64,000 nt of DNA from an uncultured bacterium (GTDB lineage Bacteria; Bacillota_I; Bacilli_A; RFN20; CAG-826), in the NCBI GenBank assembly GCA_949288485.1, contig CASEKC010000001.1:71070-135069 (forward strand), in the 5' to 3' direction. The stretch's first letter is position 1, and the number at the start of each line of letters is the position of its first letter. Shown piece after piece: positions 49,801-60,647 of the stretch. Position numbers and translations under genes: made by a program. The notes under the pieces were generated by a model. It was not told the origin of the DNA. It worked only from the letters and a program-made list of their open reading frames with translations, and did no database searches.

Positions 49801-52101
49801 TTAATGAATTACTCTTTTAATTTCATAAACATCTTTAACATTTTTTAAAAGTTGAAATGCTTTATTTAATTCATTTATATCTTTTACATAAATTTGTGCA
49901 GAAATTGTACAAGTAAAGTTTTCGCTATGTAATTTACCACTAATTTCCGTACACTTAATTCTTGCCCCAGCTAAAGAAGATAAAATATCCGCCATTAAAT
50001 TATTACGATCATTACATTCAATAGATAAATCAACAGGATAGGAATCATCTCCTCTTTTTTCTTTCCAATGAACATCAATTAAACGTGATTTTTCATTAGC
50101 GATATTTGGGCATCCTTTACGGTGAACTGTGACTCCGTTTCCTTTAGTAACATATCCAATAATTTCATCACCTGGAATTGGAGTGCAACAATTTCCTAAT
50201 GTAATTTTAATTCCCTTACCATTTTCAATAGTAACTGGACATTTATCGTTATCAAAATTTTCTTTTTTCGATAATAATAAATCATTAGTTTTCTTTTTAA
50301 TTCCTAAAACGCTAGCTACAGCTCCAGGAGTTGGATTATGCATAGCAATTCCAACATAAACATCATCTAAAGTATCAAAATGGTAGTAATTTAGTAATTT
50401 TTGAGTATTTAATAGTTGAACCATTTCTTTTTCACTGTAACCTCTATCCTTGAAAAAATCTAAACAAATAGTTTTTCCTCTACTTATTTTTTCATCTCTA
50501 ACAAGTTCACTATTCTTTTTAAGTAAGAATTTTTTAATTCTCGATTTAGCTGATGATGTTTTAACTATATTTAGCCATGATTCATTAGGTCCAGGAGATG
50601 TTTTTGATGTTTTAATTTCACAAACATCGCCAGTTTTTAAAGGGGTATTTAATGGAACTAAATTTCCATTAACAACTGCTCCTACTGCCGATTCACCAAC
50701 CTTTGTATGAACTTTAAAAGCTAAATCGAGCGGGGTAGATCCTAAAGGTAAGTCGATAACCTTACCTTTTGGAGTAAAAACATAAACATTTGCTTCAAAA
50801 ATATCTTTAGATAATGTATCTAAATAATCTTGAGCATCTTCACCACTTAAATCTTTATCTTTACTAATTGAAACAAAATCTCTAAACCAGTGTAATTTTT
50901 CTTCAATTTCTTTTTGTTCTTGTTTTGCACTATAATGAGTTCCTTCTTTATAACGCCAATGTGCGGCAACACCGCTTTCTGCAATTTCATCCATTTCTTT
51001 AGTTCTTATTTGAACTTCAAAAATATTTGAATTTCCATCAATAACCGAAGTATGTAAAGATTGATACATATTTGGTTTTGGCATTGCGATATAATCTTTA
51101 AATCTTCCTGGAATTGGAGTAAAGTTTTGGTGAATAATACCTAAAATCTCATAACAATTGAGTTCAGTTTCAGTAATAATTCTTAAAGCTAAAACATCAT
51201 AAATATCTTCAAATTTATGATTTTTTAAAAACATTTTTTTATAAATTGAATAAATAGATTTAACCCTGGCCTCAATTTCAAATTTAAATCCTTGTCGATA
51301 TAAAATATCAGCAATTTTCTTTTTTAATTGATTAAGAGCATTTTTACGGTTTTTAATCTTTTCATTTAAAAGTTCACTAATATGCTCATATTCATCAGGT
51401 TTTTCTATTTTTAAAGATAAATCTTCTAATTCACTTTCTACTCTATAAATACCTAAACGGTGAGCGATAGGTGCAAAAACTTCTAAAGTTTCTTTAGCTA
51501 AAGCGTGTTGTCTTTCAGGTTTTAAAGCTTCAATAGTTCTTAAATTATGAAGTCGATCAGCAAGTTTAATAATAATGACACGAACGTCTTTGGCCATTCC
51601 TAAAAAAATCTTACGATGATCTTCCGCTTCAAATTCTTCTTGAGTTCTTTTTGATAATTTTAAACGTTGAATTTTTGTTAAAGAATCAACAATTCTAGCC
51701 GTTTCTTCTCCAAACATTTTTTCAATATCTTCGACAGTTGTTTCAGTATCTTCAACAACATCATGTAAAAGAGCAGCAGCAATTGTTACTGGTCCGCCTT
51801 GAAGAGTTGCTACGATATAAGCAACTTCTATTAAATGGTGAATATATGGTTCGCCAGATTTTCTTAAAATTCCAGCATGCATTTTTTCAACAAAATGAAA
51901 AGCATCTTCAATCATTTTTTGATCGCTTTCATTATGAATATATAAAGAATAAGCTGCTTTTAAATCGTCAAAAGTGTGCATTGGATAACCACCATTAGGT
52001 AATAATTTTCCAGTGCCTTCTTCAACCTTATTAGTAATAACTTGTTCGCCAAGTCCGTCTTTTTTTATTTCATCGCTTAATTTTAATTTAGTTTCTGCCA
52101 T
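49801..52101 (-). CDS. relA: Bifunctional (p)ppGpp synthetase/hydrolase Rel
   Basis: LHDVVED hydrolase, RFKDY, YQSLHT, EVQIRT, TGS and ACT domains. Confidence 0.97.
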   Translation of the reverse strand: MAETKLKLSDEIKKDGLGEQVITNKVEEGTGKLLPNGGYPMHTFDDLKAAYSLYIHNESDQKMIEDAFHFVEKMHAGILRKSGEPYIHHLIEVAYIVATLQGGPVTIAAALLHDVVEDTETTVEDIEKMFGEETARIVDSLTKIQRLKLSKRTQEEFEAEDHRKIFLGMAKDVRVIIIKLADRLHNLRTIEALKPERQHALAKETLEVFAPIAHRLGIYRVESELEDLSLKIEKPDEYEHISELLNEKIKNRKNALNQLKKKIADILYRQGFKFEIEARVKSIYSIYKKMFLKNHKFEDIYDVLALRIITETELNCYEILGIIHQNFTPIPGRFKDYIAMPKPNMYQSLHTSVIDGNSNIFEVQIRTKEMDEIAESGVAAHWRYKEGTHYSAKQEQKEIEEKLHWFRDFVSISKDKDLSGEDAQDYLDTLSKDIFEANVYVFTPKGKVIDLPLGSTPLDLAFKVHTKVGESAVGAVVNGNLVPLNTPLKTGDVCEIKTSKTSPGPNESWLNIVKTSSAKSRIKKFLLKKNSELVRDEKISRGKTICLDFFKDRGYSEKEMVQLLNTQKLLNYYHFDTLDDVYVGIAMHNPTPGAVASVLGIKKKTNDLLLSKKENFDNDKCPVTIENGKGIKITLGNCCTPIPGDEIIGYVTKGNGVTVHRKGCPNIANEKSRLIDVHWKEKRGDDSYPVDLSIECNDRNNLMADILSSLAGARIKCTEISGKLHSENFTCTISAQIYVKDINELNKAFQLLKNVKDVYEIKRVIH

Positions 52102-52136
52102 ACTTAAATATTTTACTATAATATAGATTTTTTTGC

Positions 52137-53723
52137 TTAATTTTCTATCTTTTGGGAGTAAATTTCATAATCATTTGCTTTAAATTGATACGAGGTATGT
52201 CCATTAAATTTATTAATAGAAATATACCCTAACAAATTTACTTTATTTTCTTTTAACATTTCATTTGGATAATTGAAATAAATCAAAGAAGAATCAAAAG
52301 AAATTCGAGTAATAATATGAGTTGTATCTTTTGAAAATTTTAAAGATAAAGTACTAATATCGTAAATTTTCAATAAAGGTTTTGGAAAATCTTTACCAAA
52401 TGGAGCAAAACTTGAAATTAACTCATATGAATTTTTATTTATTTCATTAAGCTTAAAATCGATAGTCTTTTTTTCTTCTTTTATAAATTTATGTGAAGAA
52501 GAATATTCTAATAATTTTTCTTCAAATAACGATAAATTTTCACTTTCAAATTCAAATCCACCGGCAAATTCATGACCACCAAAAGCTATAAATAAATCAC
52601 TATTTTCTTTTAAAAACGAAACAACATTAAATCCGTTTCTACTTCTTGCGCTACCTTTATAAGTATTATTTTTAGTTTTAATTAAAATAAATGATGGTTT
52701 ATTCGTTTTTTCTAAAAATCTATTTGCTAATAATCCGCTAATTCCTTCTTCTATATCTAATATTAATAATAAATAAGGTAATGAATCATCAATTTTTAAA
52801 TCCATATTTTCAAAATCAGTAATTAATTTTTTTCTGTTATCATTAACCGAATTAATATAGTCAAGATAAATATTAATATTTTTAGTTTTATCAATTAAAA
52901 AGTATCTAACGACATTAAATAAAGAATTATCTTTAATTATTCTACCTACAGAATTCACTTTTGGTACAAGATAAGAAGAAATATCTTCTTCATTGATATC
53001 TTCATATTTATTAACTAATAAACATATTTCATTAAATTTATTTTTATTTATAGCTTTTAAAGCTAATTTAACTATTTTATGATTTAAAAATGAAGAGAGA
53101 GGCATCAAATCTGAAATGAGCGAGATTCCTCCTAAAGAAAGTAAATATTCATCAACTTTTCCATTTAAATAAACATAAGAAAATAGAAAAGATAATGCAG
53201 CAGCTGAAATGTTATTATTAATTTCTTCAATTTTTCCCCAATGGATTAAAGAGGAAGGTTTGGCTTCTTTTTCTTTAATAATTTCATGATGATCAATAAT
53301 TATAACTTTAGCACCTTTTGAAAGAATATAATCGACATTTTCTTTTAAAGTAATTCCATTATCAACAAGGATAAATAATTTATAATCTAAAGATAAAAAC
53401 ATGTCGATATTTTCTTTTGTAATTCCATAGCCATCTTTTTCTCTAAAAGGAATATAAAAACCACATTTATAATCATCTTCTTTTTTTATTAAATTATAGA
53501 TAATTGAAGTGGACATTATTCCATCACAATCATAATCACCATAAATTATGATTTTTTCATTATTTTTTATAGCATTTTTTATTATTTCCTTACTCTTTAA
53601 AAAATCTTTATTTTCAAGCAAAAAAGAAAGAAAAGAATAATCGATACTTTCATCTTTAATTTTTAAATATTTATCAATAGTTAAATTATAATATTTTAAA
53701 AGTCTAGTTAATAAATCGTCCAT
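52137..53723 (-). CDS. recJ: ssDNA exonuclease RecJ
   Basis: YGDYDCDG, DGYG, VDNG, IDHH, GSARS, GGH..AGG. Confidence 0.93.
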   Translation of the reverse strand: MDDLLTRLLKYYNLTIDKYLKIKDESIDYSFLSFLLENKDFLKSKEIIKNAIKNNEKIIIYGDYDCDGIMSTSIIYNLIKKEDDYKCGFYIPFREKDGYGITKENIDMFLSLDYKLFILVDNGITLKENVDYILSKGAKVIIIDHHEIIKEKEAKPSSLIHWGKIEEINNNISAAALSFLFSYVYLNGKVDEYLLSLGGISLISDLMPLSSFLNHKIVKLALKAINKNKFNEICLLVNKYEDINEEDISSYLVPKVNSVGRIIKDNSLFNVVRYFLIDKTKNINIYLDYINSVNDNRKKLITDFENMDLKIDDSLPYLLLILDIEEGISGLLANRFLEKTNKPSFILIKTKNNTYKGSARSRNGFNVVSFLKENSDLFIAFGGHEFAGGFEFESENLSLFEEKLLEYSSSHKFIKEEKKTIDFKLNEINKNSYELISSFAPFGKDFPKPLLKIYDISTLSLKFSKDTTHIITRISFDSSLIYFNYPNEMLKENKVNLLGYISINKFNGHTSYQFKANDYEIYSQKIEN

Positions 53724-53747
53724 AAATAAGTATTTTAAAAGCATAAA

Positions 53748-53773
53748 AAGTGGGATTATTATTTCTCCCACTT
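53748..53773 (-). terminator. Terminator after secDF
   Basis: Minus strand AAGTGGGA-loop-TCCCACTTTTT. Confidence 0.7.
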
Positions 53774-53780
53774 AATTTAA

Positions 53781-56555
53781 TTAATCGTTAATACCAACAA
53801 AAATTGCTTCTTCTGGTCCATCATCATTTTTCTTGTTATGTTTAGATGGATATTTTTTCCTTCTTTCTTCAATTGAAGAATTAATTTTAACTTTAATTTT
53901 ATTAAAGAAAGTTGCAAACATAAATTCTATTGGTAAAACAAGGAATCTTGTTGAAATAACTTGTATAATCATTCCAGCTAATATAAGAATGAGTAAATAT
54001 TGATTAATACCATTTACAAAGAAAAGTGAAATAACAATGAATGAAGAAATTAAAGTTAAATTAATAATACTTGGATAATAAGAATTTAAACAATATTCAT
54101 ATTGTTCTCTTCTTAATGATAAATCATTATCAATTTCTTTTCTTTTTTCACGTAATACTTCTTTTTCTTTATTAAAGTATGTAATTAAGATTATATATCC
54201 TAAAAGTGTTAATAATAATCCACCAAGAGTAATGATTGAAGCAAATGGTCCATTAATTAATGAGAAGATGCCGATTGTAACAGTTAAGCTTCCACCAACT
54301 AATAAGATAGAGGTTAATGTTTTAGAAATATTAAATCTAAATAACATATAAACACTGCTTACAGCAACTCCAATAAGGCAATAAAGCATAACATAATAAT
54401 TATTTGAATCATTATTAACGTTATAAACTTGATTTAATGTAATAGTTGGAGAACCTAAAACAGGTCTAAGTTGAATATCTAATGCTTCTTCAATTCTCAT
54501 CTCAACAACACTTCCATCATTTTGAAGTGTATAAATTAATGAATCAGAGTTATAAGCATCATCTAAAGAAACAATAAAATAATATTCTTTATTAGTAACG
54601 TTATTGACAATATAAGAATAATTATATGTTTCCATTTCGACATCATTAAACATTAATGTGTCTTCGTCTTCATAGAATTGTGTTAAGAAAACATTTCTAA
54701 TATTTTCTTCATATCTTTGAATATCACGAGAATCATCGCTAGAAACATTTCTTCTATCGATTCTAATAACAACTTCACTATTTTGTTCAGCTGAAGTTGA
54801 ATTATAAATATTTCCTCTTACAATTTGGAAGGTTGTTAATCCAATAATTGAAGCAAGTAAAAGAATTGAAGAAGCAATAGTTAAAGCAAGACTTGTCTTT
54901 TTATTATCTCTTTTCTTAAATTGATCAAAATATGTTGGTTTTTCATCCATAGAAAGATTTGGAACTTTCTTTTTATCAACACCGATTAATGATAATTTAT
55001 TAGCGACTGTAGAAGAATTATAAATTAACCATGAAAGTGCTCTTAAAAGTGCACCATTTAAAACAATATTTAAGATTGAACCAACAATAAGTAATGAACC
55101 AAATGAAATTAAGATTGAGTTTGGAATTAAATAAGCTGTAATACCTAAAATTAAAGTAATAACTGAAACATCAATTTGAGTAGCTAAACTCTTTTTATTT
55201 CCATCGATATAAGCTTTTTTAATATTTTTACCTAAATAAATTTCATCTTTAATCTTTTTAAAATAAATTCCTGAAGAGAATATAGAAAGCATTACTAAAC
55301 TAATAAGTCCAATAATTGTTCCGATATTAAATTCACTTCCAAATGTATTAAATAGACCAATTGAAGAAATAAACATAGCTACACCATTTAAAATAGCACT
55401 GATACCATTAATTCCATAATTTAAAACTAAAAATAATGAAACAACAATTGCTGCAATTAAGGTAGCGATAAATAATCCGTTTGACCAGTTAATTGAATTC
55501 ATATAAACAAGGAAATCAGTAAATGGTTTAACGGTTGTTGTATAAGCATTGTCACCATTAACATTTAATAAAGTGACATTAAAATCATAACTTGAAGAAT
55601 TAAATTTATGCATCCAAATATTAGCTTTTTTATAAGCTAAGACACGGTCACTTTCAGTTGCACCATAGAATGCATTATCTTCTGTTGAAGAAAGATTGTA
55701 CCCACCGAAATAAATTTCATTATAAACAGCATTTGTTTGATCTTCTTCTGATAAATTAGCATCATAATCCCAATAGAAAGAAGATGGATTTGTTGCATCA
55801 AAAGTAAATAAAATGTGTTCTTTAATTTGTTTTGCACTTAAAAATTCATTTCCTTTATTTTCAATTAATGTGTCGATAGTTAAACCATCAACCCAGTTAT
55901 TTAAAATAAAAATTAAATTTTCATTTGCAGTTGTTTCTTCTTCACCTTCTTCAGTTGAATTATCACTTGAGTCTTCACTATCTGCTTCTGCTTCACTTGC
56001 AGCTGTTACGATGGTTTTAAATTGTTCAGGATCAGAAAGAGAAACTACAACATAAGGATAATTATCTCTATATTCAATTCTTGCTGAACCACTTTCAAAA
56101 AAGTTAGCATCTCCACTTAAAGAAGCAATTTCACTTGGTGTTTGTCCAGCAGTTGGGTCACCACTATATGTCGAAGCCATAAATGACCATGAAAAATTTA
56201 AATATGATGAAATATCATCATATAAAGCGCTTTCAGTTTTAAAAGTGACTTTTATTGTATCAAGACCACTTGTTTCAAGACGATAATCACTAATATCAGC
56301 ATTATCAAGTCTTACTTTAAACTCATTAACGGCGTCATCTAAACGATTTTGTTTATCTTGATCAGAAATATTTCCGTCATCAGTTGTCCCACCATTAGAA
56401 ATATCGAATGTCTTTTCACTAATTTTATAGACATAGGTTCTCATTGATTCATAATCTCCAGTACCATTTACGTTAATAAATGAAGGTACGAGAGCAACTA
56501 ACAAACCAAGAAGTAATGATGCTACTACACTTATATATCCAACTATTCTTTTCAT
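53781..56555 (-). CDS. secDF: Fused SecDF-like translocase accessory protein (divergent)
   Basis: 1+5 / 1+5 TM topology with large extracellular domains; FKKIKDEI and D..VITLI similarity; canonical position upstream of recJ. Confidence 0.75.
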   Translation of the reverse strand: MKRIVGYISVVASLLLGLLVALVPSFINVNGTGDYESMRTYVYKISEKTFDISNGGTTDDGNISDQDKQNRLDDAVNEFKVRLDNADISDYRLETSGLDTIKVTFKTESALYDDISSYLNFSWSFMASTYSGDPTAGQTPSEIASLSGDANFFESGSARIEYRDNYPYVVVSLSDPEQFKTIVTAASEAEADSEDSSDNSTEEGEEETTANENLIFILNNWVDGLTIDTLIENKGNEFLSAKQIKEHILFTFDATNPSSFYWDYDANLSEEDQTNAVYNEIYFGGYNLSSTEDNAFYGATESDRVLAYKKANIWMHKFNSSSYDFNVTLLNVNGDNAYTTTVKPFTDFLVYMNSINWSNGLFIATLIAAIVVSLFLVLNYGINGISAILNGVAMFISSIGLFNTFGSEFNIGTIIGLISLVMLSIFSSGIYFKKIKDEIYLGKNIKKAYIDGNKKSLATQIDVSVITLILGITAYLIPNSILISFGSLLIVGSILNIVLNGALLRALSWLIYNSSTVANKLSLIGVDKKKVPNLSMDEKPTYFDQFKKRDNKKTSLALTIASSILLLASIIGLTTFQIVRGNIYNSTSAEQNSEVVIRIDRRNVSSDDSRDIQRYEENIRNVFLTQFYEDEDTLMFNDVEMETYNYSYIVNNVTNKEYYFIVSLDDAYNSDSLIYTLQNDGSVVEMRIEEALDIQLRPVLGSPTITLNQVYNVNNDSNNYYVMLYCLIGVAVSSVYMLFRFNISKTLTSILLVGGSLTVTIGIFSLINGPFASIITLGGLLLTLLGYIILITYFNKEKEVLREKRKEIDNDLSLRREQYEYCLNSYYPSIINLTLISSFIVISLFFVNGINQYLLILILAGMIIQVISTRFLVLPIEFMFATFFNKIKVKINSSIEERRKKYPSKHNKKNDDGPEEAIFVGIND

Positions 56556-56674
56556 ATATTTAAAATCCTCAGACTTTATAAATATTTATATTTATAAACA
56601 ATCGTTAATAATTATATATAAAAATGGAAGTAATAACAATAAAAAATAAAACAAATACAGTTAATAAAAATCGA

Positions 56675-57631
56675 CTATTTTTTATAAAATTCTTGATAAA
56701 TTTCTTCTCCAAATTTTGTTAATTTTCTACCTTGTTTTGTCCTTTCAATAATACCTTTATTTACTAAATAAGGTTCATTAATATTTTTTAAATTATTAAC
56801 TTCATCATTTAATAATGCTGAAATTGCTTCTAAAGAGGTTGGATGAATAAATTTTTCTTTCATAATTTTAATTATTTCTAAATCTTCATTTGTTAAACCA
56901 TATTTATTAATTTTTAAAAATGAAAATGCTCTTAATAATTCATTTTTATCGAATTTATCGATTTTTTTATATATTTTATAATCAAATAAACGTTTTAATA
57001 AATTATTTAAATATCTTGGTGTATTTCGACTTCTTAAGACTATTTCTTCATAACATTCTTCATCTAATTTTAAGTTAAAAATTTTCTCATTTGATTTAAT
57101 TATTTCAATTATTTCATTCTTTTTATAATAATCAAATTTAAAAATAATTGAAAAACGATCTCTTAAAGGAATTGATAAAGTGCCTGCATTTGTTGTCGCA
57201 CCTATTAAAGTAAATGGAGGTAAAGAAAAAGATAAAGCTTTAACATTTTCCTCGCTTTTATAAGTAGCATGAATTTTAAAATCTTCCATTGCACTATATA
57301 AAATTTCCATAAACTCTTTTTTTAAACGATGTATTTCATCAATAAACAAAAAATCTCCAGGATTTAATTGACCTAAAATCGAAATTAATTCATTCCCTTT
57401 TGCAATTGATGAAGCAGTTATTGTTATAATATTTCCTTTCATTTCATTAGAAATAATATATGCTAAAGTTGTTTTTCCTAAACCAGGAGGACCATAAAAT
57501 AAAATATGATCTAAAACTGTTTTTCGACTTTTCGCACTATAAATAAAAGCTTTTAATTGAGAAATGATTTCTTTTTGGCCAAAAAATGAATTTAATGATT
57601 TAGGACGAAGATTATTATCAATATTATTCAT
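56675..57631 (-). CDS. ruvB: Holliday junction helicase RuvB
   Basis: LRP, GPPGLGKTT, FIDEIHRL, GATT, PLRDRF. Confidence 0.97.
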   Translation of the reverse strand: MNNIDNNLRPKSLNSFFGQKEIISQLKAFIYSAKSRKTVLDHILFYGPPGLGKTTLAYIISNEMKGNIITITASSIAKGNELISILGQLNPGDFLFIDEIHRLKKEFMEILYSAMEDFKIHATYKSEENVKALSFSLPPFTLIGATTNAGTLSIPLRDRFSIIFKFDYYKKNEIIEIIKSNEKIFNLKLDEECYEEIVLRSRNTPRYLNNLLKRLFDYKIYKKIDKFDKNELLRAFSFLKINKYGLTNEDLEIIKIMKEKFIHPTSLEAISALLNDEVNNLKNINEPYLVNKGIIERTKQGRKLTKFGEEIYQEFYKK

Positions 57632-58173
57632 TTTTTCATTCCTCTTATTGCTTCTTTTAAAGCTTCATCATCGCTTAATCCATCTTTTAAATTATTCATT
57701 GAATCAGTTATTTCATTTTGTGAATAACCTAATGATTTTAAAGCTAAATAAACATTTGAATATTTTGATAAATATTCATCGTTTTTATCGATATTATCAG
57801 CTAATTTTAAAACGATAGATTCAGCAAAAACACCTATTCCTTTTATTTTTCTAAGTTCAGAAATATTTTTTGTTTTAATTAAAAAAATCAGTTCTTCCAC
57901 TTTTACATTTCCTAAAATTTGTAATGCTTTTTTAGGACCAATTCCATTTACTTCGATTAACTTAATAAATATTTCGTATTCTTTATAAGTTTTAAATCCG
58001 CAAAGTAAAACTCTATCATCTTTCAAATAATCATAGATATAAAGCTTATTTTCTTCGCTTAAAGTAAATTTTTCATTTGGTTTTGTAAAAATTTCGTAAC
58101 CGATTTTATTTACTTCAAAAATAATTTTGTTAAATTTTATATTTTTAATAGTTCCAAAAAAATATGAATACAT
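57628..58173 (-). CDS. ruvA: Holliday junction DNA-binding protein RuvA
   Basis: IGYEI, VNGIGPK, KGIG HhH, ALKSLGY. Confidence 0.93.
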   Translation of the reverse strand: MYSYFFGTIKNIKFNKIIFEVNKIGYEIFTKPNEKFTLSEENKLYIYDYLKDDRVLLCGFKTYKEYEIFIKLIEVNGIGPKKALQILGNVKVEELIFLIKTKNISELRKIKGIGVFAESIVLKLADNIDKNDEYLSKYSNVYLALKSLGYSQNEITDSMNNLKDGLSDDEALKEAIRGMKK

Positions 58174-58201
58174 TAAATTAATATTTTTTTTGATGAATAA
58201 A

Positions 58202-59464
58202 TTATTCAAAATATTCAAATTCAAATTCTTTAAGTTTAACTATATCGCCATCTTTAGCGCCCATTGCTTTTAATTTTTCATCAACGCCAATTTTATTTAA
58301 ATAAGTGATTAATCTCATCATACCTTCATCAGTTGAAATGTTAATTAAATCATATGTTCTTTCAACTCTTTCACCTTTAATGATAAATAAATGTTCTTTT
58401 TCTTTAACAATATCAAAGATTTCTTCACTTTCATCAAGATTAATAACAACTTCTTTTTCTTCTTCTTTATAAATTGGGAAAATAGGAGCAGTTTCGAGTA
58501 AATCTTTACATTTATATAAAATTTCATCGATTCCTTCATTAGTTAAACAAGAAAGAGGATAAACTTTTTGATTTACATTTTTCTCAAATTCTTTTAATTT
58601 TTCTTCACTTCCTTCTTCATCCATTTTTGAAGCAACAATAACTTCTGGACGATTAACAAGATTCATTCCATATTCTTCTAATTCTTTACGAATAGTTAAA
58701 TAATCTTCATAAGGATTTTCACTACTCATATCAACCATATGAATTAAAACTCTTGTTCTTTCGATATGTCTTAAAAATGCAAGACCTAATCCTTTACCTA
58801 AATGAGCACCTTTTATTAATCCAGGCATATCAGCAAGGACAAATGATGAGCCATCTTTTAAATATGTGACACCTAAATTTGGAACAATTGTTGTAAAAGG
58901 ATAATCACCAATTTCAGCTTTTGAATTTGAAACACAACTAATAAAGGTAGATTTACCAACACTTGGAAGACCAATAATTCCTACATCAGCTAAAAGTTTA
59001 AGTTCTAAAATTAATCTTTTGTTTTCTCCAGGAAGACCGTTTTCAGCAATTTTTGGAGCTTTATTTCTCGCATTTTTAAAGCAAGCGTTTCCTCTTCCGC
59101 CTCTTCCACCTTTAGCAATTAAATATGTTTCACCAACTTTATTTAAATCACATATAAAACTATGATTTTCTTCTAAATAAACTACAGTTCCTATTGGTAA
59201 ATCAATATAAATATCTTTAGCATCTTTACCATATTGAAGTTTATTTCCACCATTTTCGCCATTTTCAGCAATAAAAACTTTACTATGACGATAATTTACT
59301 AATGTAGTTGTTGAAGATGAACATCTTAAATAAATTGATCCGCCTCTTCCTCCATTTCCACCACTAGGTCCACCTAAAGGACGATTTTTTTCATGTAAAA
59401 AAGTAAGAGCACCATCTCCTCCTTTTCCACTTTTAACTTCAATAATAGTACGATCAATAAACAT
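58202..59464 (-). CDS. obg: GTPase Obg (CgtA)
   Basis: Gly-rich Obg fold, GLPSVGKST, YPFTT, DMPG, FLRHIER. Confidence 0.98.
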   Translation of the reverse strand: MFIDRTIIEVKSGKGGDGALTFLHEKNRPLGGPSGGNGGRGGSIYLRCSSSTTTLVNYRHSKVFIAENGENGGNKLQYGKDAKDIYIDLPIGTVVYLEENHSFICDLNKVGETYLIAKGGRGGRGNACFKNARNKAPKIAENGLPGENKRLILELKLLADVGIIGLPSVGKSTFISCVSNSKAEIGDYPFTTIVPNLGVTYLKDGSSFVLADMPGLIKGAHLGKGLGLAFLRHIERTRVLIHMVDMSSENPYEDYLTIRKELEEYGMNLVNRPEVIVASKMDEEGSEEKLKEFEKNVNQKVYPLSCLTNEGIDEILYKCKDLLETAPIFPIYKEEEKEVVINLDESEEIFDIVKEKEHLFIIKGERVERTYDLINISTDEGMMRLITYLNKIGVDEKLKAMGAKDGDIVKLKEFEFEYFE

Positions 59465-59497
59465 AAGTTTTCCTTTTTTTAATTTTAAAAAAATTAA

Positions 59498-59520
59498 AAC
59501 CATCTGCTAAGCAGATGGTT
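59498..59520 (-). terminator. Terminator hairpin after rpmA
   Basis: AACCATCTGC-TAA-GCAGATGGTT inverted repeat followed by T tract on the minus strand. Confidence 0.75.
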
Positions 59521-59529
59521 AATTAATTA

Positions 59530-59820
59530 TTAAGCAGCTTCGTAAACAGATACACGTTTTCTATTTTTACCAACTCTTTCGTATTTAACAATACCAGCTT
59601 TTGTTGCAAAAATTGTATCATCTCCACCCTTTTTGGTATTTAACCCTGGATAGATTTTTGTTCCGCGTTGTCTATAAATAATTGCACCTGCTTTACAGAA
59701 TTGTCCATCGCTTCTTTTAGCACCGAGTCTTCTACCAGCACTATCTCTTCCGTTTTTAGTTGAACCAACACCTTTGTGGGAAGCGAAGAGTTGTAAATCA
59801 AGTTTAAATCTTAATTCCAT
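59530..59820 (-). CDS. rpmA: 50S ribosomal protein L27 with Prp-cleaved N-terminal extension
   Basis: [21 protein letters not shown]. Confidence 0.98.
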   Translation of the reverse strand: MELRFKLDLQLFASHKGVGSTKNGRDSAGRRLGAKRSDGQFCKAGAIIYRQRGTKIYPGLNTKKGGDDTIFATKAGIVKYERVGKNRKRVSVYEAA

Positions 59821-59839
59821 AAATACTTCCATCCTTTCA

Positions 59840-60148
59840 TTACTTTTTAGTAATTTTAACGTAATCTTTATAACTATCTTCGATAGTTTTTAATTGAATA
59901 AGCATTGTTTTTAAAACAATTTTATCTTCATCGTTTTGTTTATCAGTTAATAAAGCAATCTCTACCTTACCACTTTCACTACTTATTTTATAATCATCAA
60001 TATTATTTATGGCATTTAATCCACCAATTATAATTGCACTTACTGCACTACAGACAATATCTTTGCCTTTTTTATCATAATTAGCATGACCTTCGCTTTT
60101 TAAATAAGTTATTTGATCATTATTTTTTGAATAAGCAATTTTAATCAT
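59840..60148 (-). CDS. prp: Ribosomal-processing cysteine protease Prp
   Basis: [11 protein letters not shown]; between rplU and rpmA. Confidence 0.95.
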   Translation of the reverse strand: MIKIAYSKNNDQITYLKSEGHANYDKKGKDIVCSAVSAIIIGGLNAINNIDDYKISSESGKVEIALLTDKQNDEDKIVLKTMLIQLKTIEDSYKDYVKITKK

Positions 60149-60456
60149 TATAAGTTAATGCTTGTAACTGTTAAGCAAGTATATGGTTGTCTATGACCCA
60201 TACTTCTACGATAATTGTTTTTTGCTTTGTATTTAAAGACATGAATCTTTTTGCCAAGGCCTTGTTTTTCAACTTTTGCGACAACTTTAGCGCCTTCAAC
60301 AAATGGGTTTCCAGTTTTAATAGTTTTATCAGCAACTAATAAAACTTTATCAAAAGTATATTCTTTGCCAGCTTCAACATCTAATTTTTCAACATAAATT
60401 TTTTGGCCAACTTCTACTTTTAATTGCTTACCACCACTTAAAATTATAGCGTACAT
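60148..60456 (-). CDS. rplU: 50S ribosomal protein L21
   Basis: MYAII..GGKQ, GHRQPYT. Confidence 0.98.
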   Translation of the reverse strand: MYAIILSGGKQLKVEVGQKIYVEKLDVEAGKEYTFDKVLLVADKTIKTGNPFVEGAKVVAKVEKQGLGKKIHVFKYKAKNNYRRSMGHRQPYTCLTVTSINL

Positions 60457-60480
60457 ATGTTTCCTCCTTTAATTAAATAA

Positions 60481-60567
60481 TTACTCGCTCTGAAGGTATT
60501 TATTAATAAAAAATAAATTTTTAAAGACCTTTTTAATGCGGTTGTAGCTAATTAAGAGTTACAACGT
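60481..60567 (-). ncRNA. L21 ribosomal protein leader (cis-regulatory RNA)
   Basis: 5' UTR of rplU with GTTGTAAC/GCTACAAC stem, CCGCA, AAGGT..ACCTT stem and GCGAGT, as in L21 leaders; promoter TTGATT-N17-TATAGT at 60601-60573. Confidence 0.7.
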
Positions 60568-60647
60568 AAAAGACTATATCATAAAGTATGCTTAAAATCA
60601 ATAAAAAATAGCGTTAAAATCGAAAGAATTTGCTAGTATTTATTAAA

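Noticed and set aside
51979..52101. N-terminal extension of about 40 aa on Rel
   Set aside because: An alternative internal Met exists and the extension has no recognisable motif; it cannot be evaluated from sequence alone.
60581..60593. AAGCATACTTTAT (minus strand) resembling the shared motif
   Set aside because: Lacks the TG(C/A)ATA element at 16-17 nt and lies in the spacer of a normal SigA promoter for rplU.
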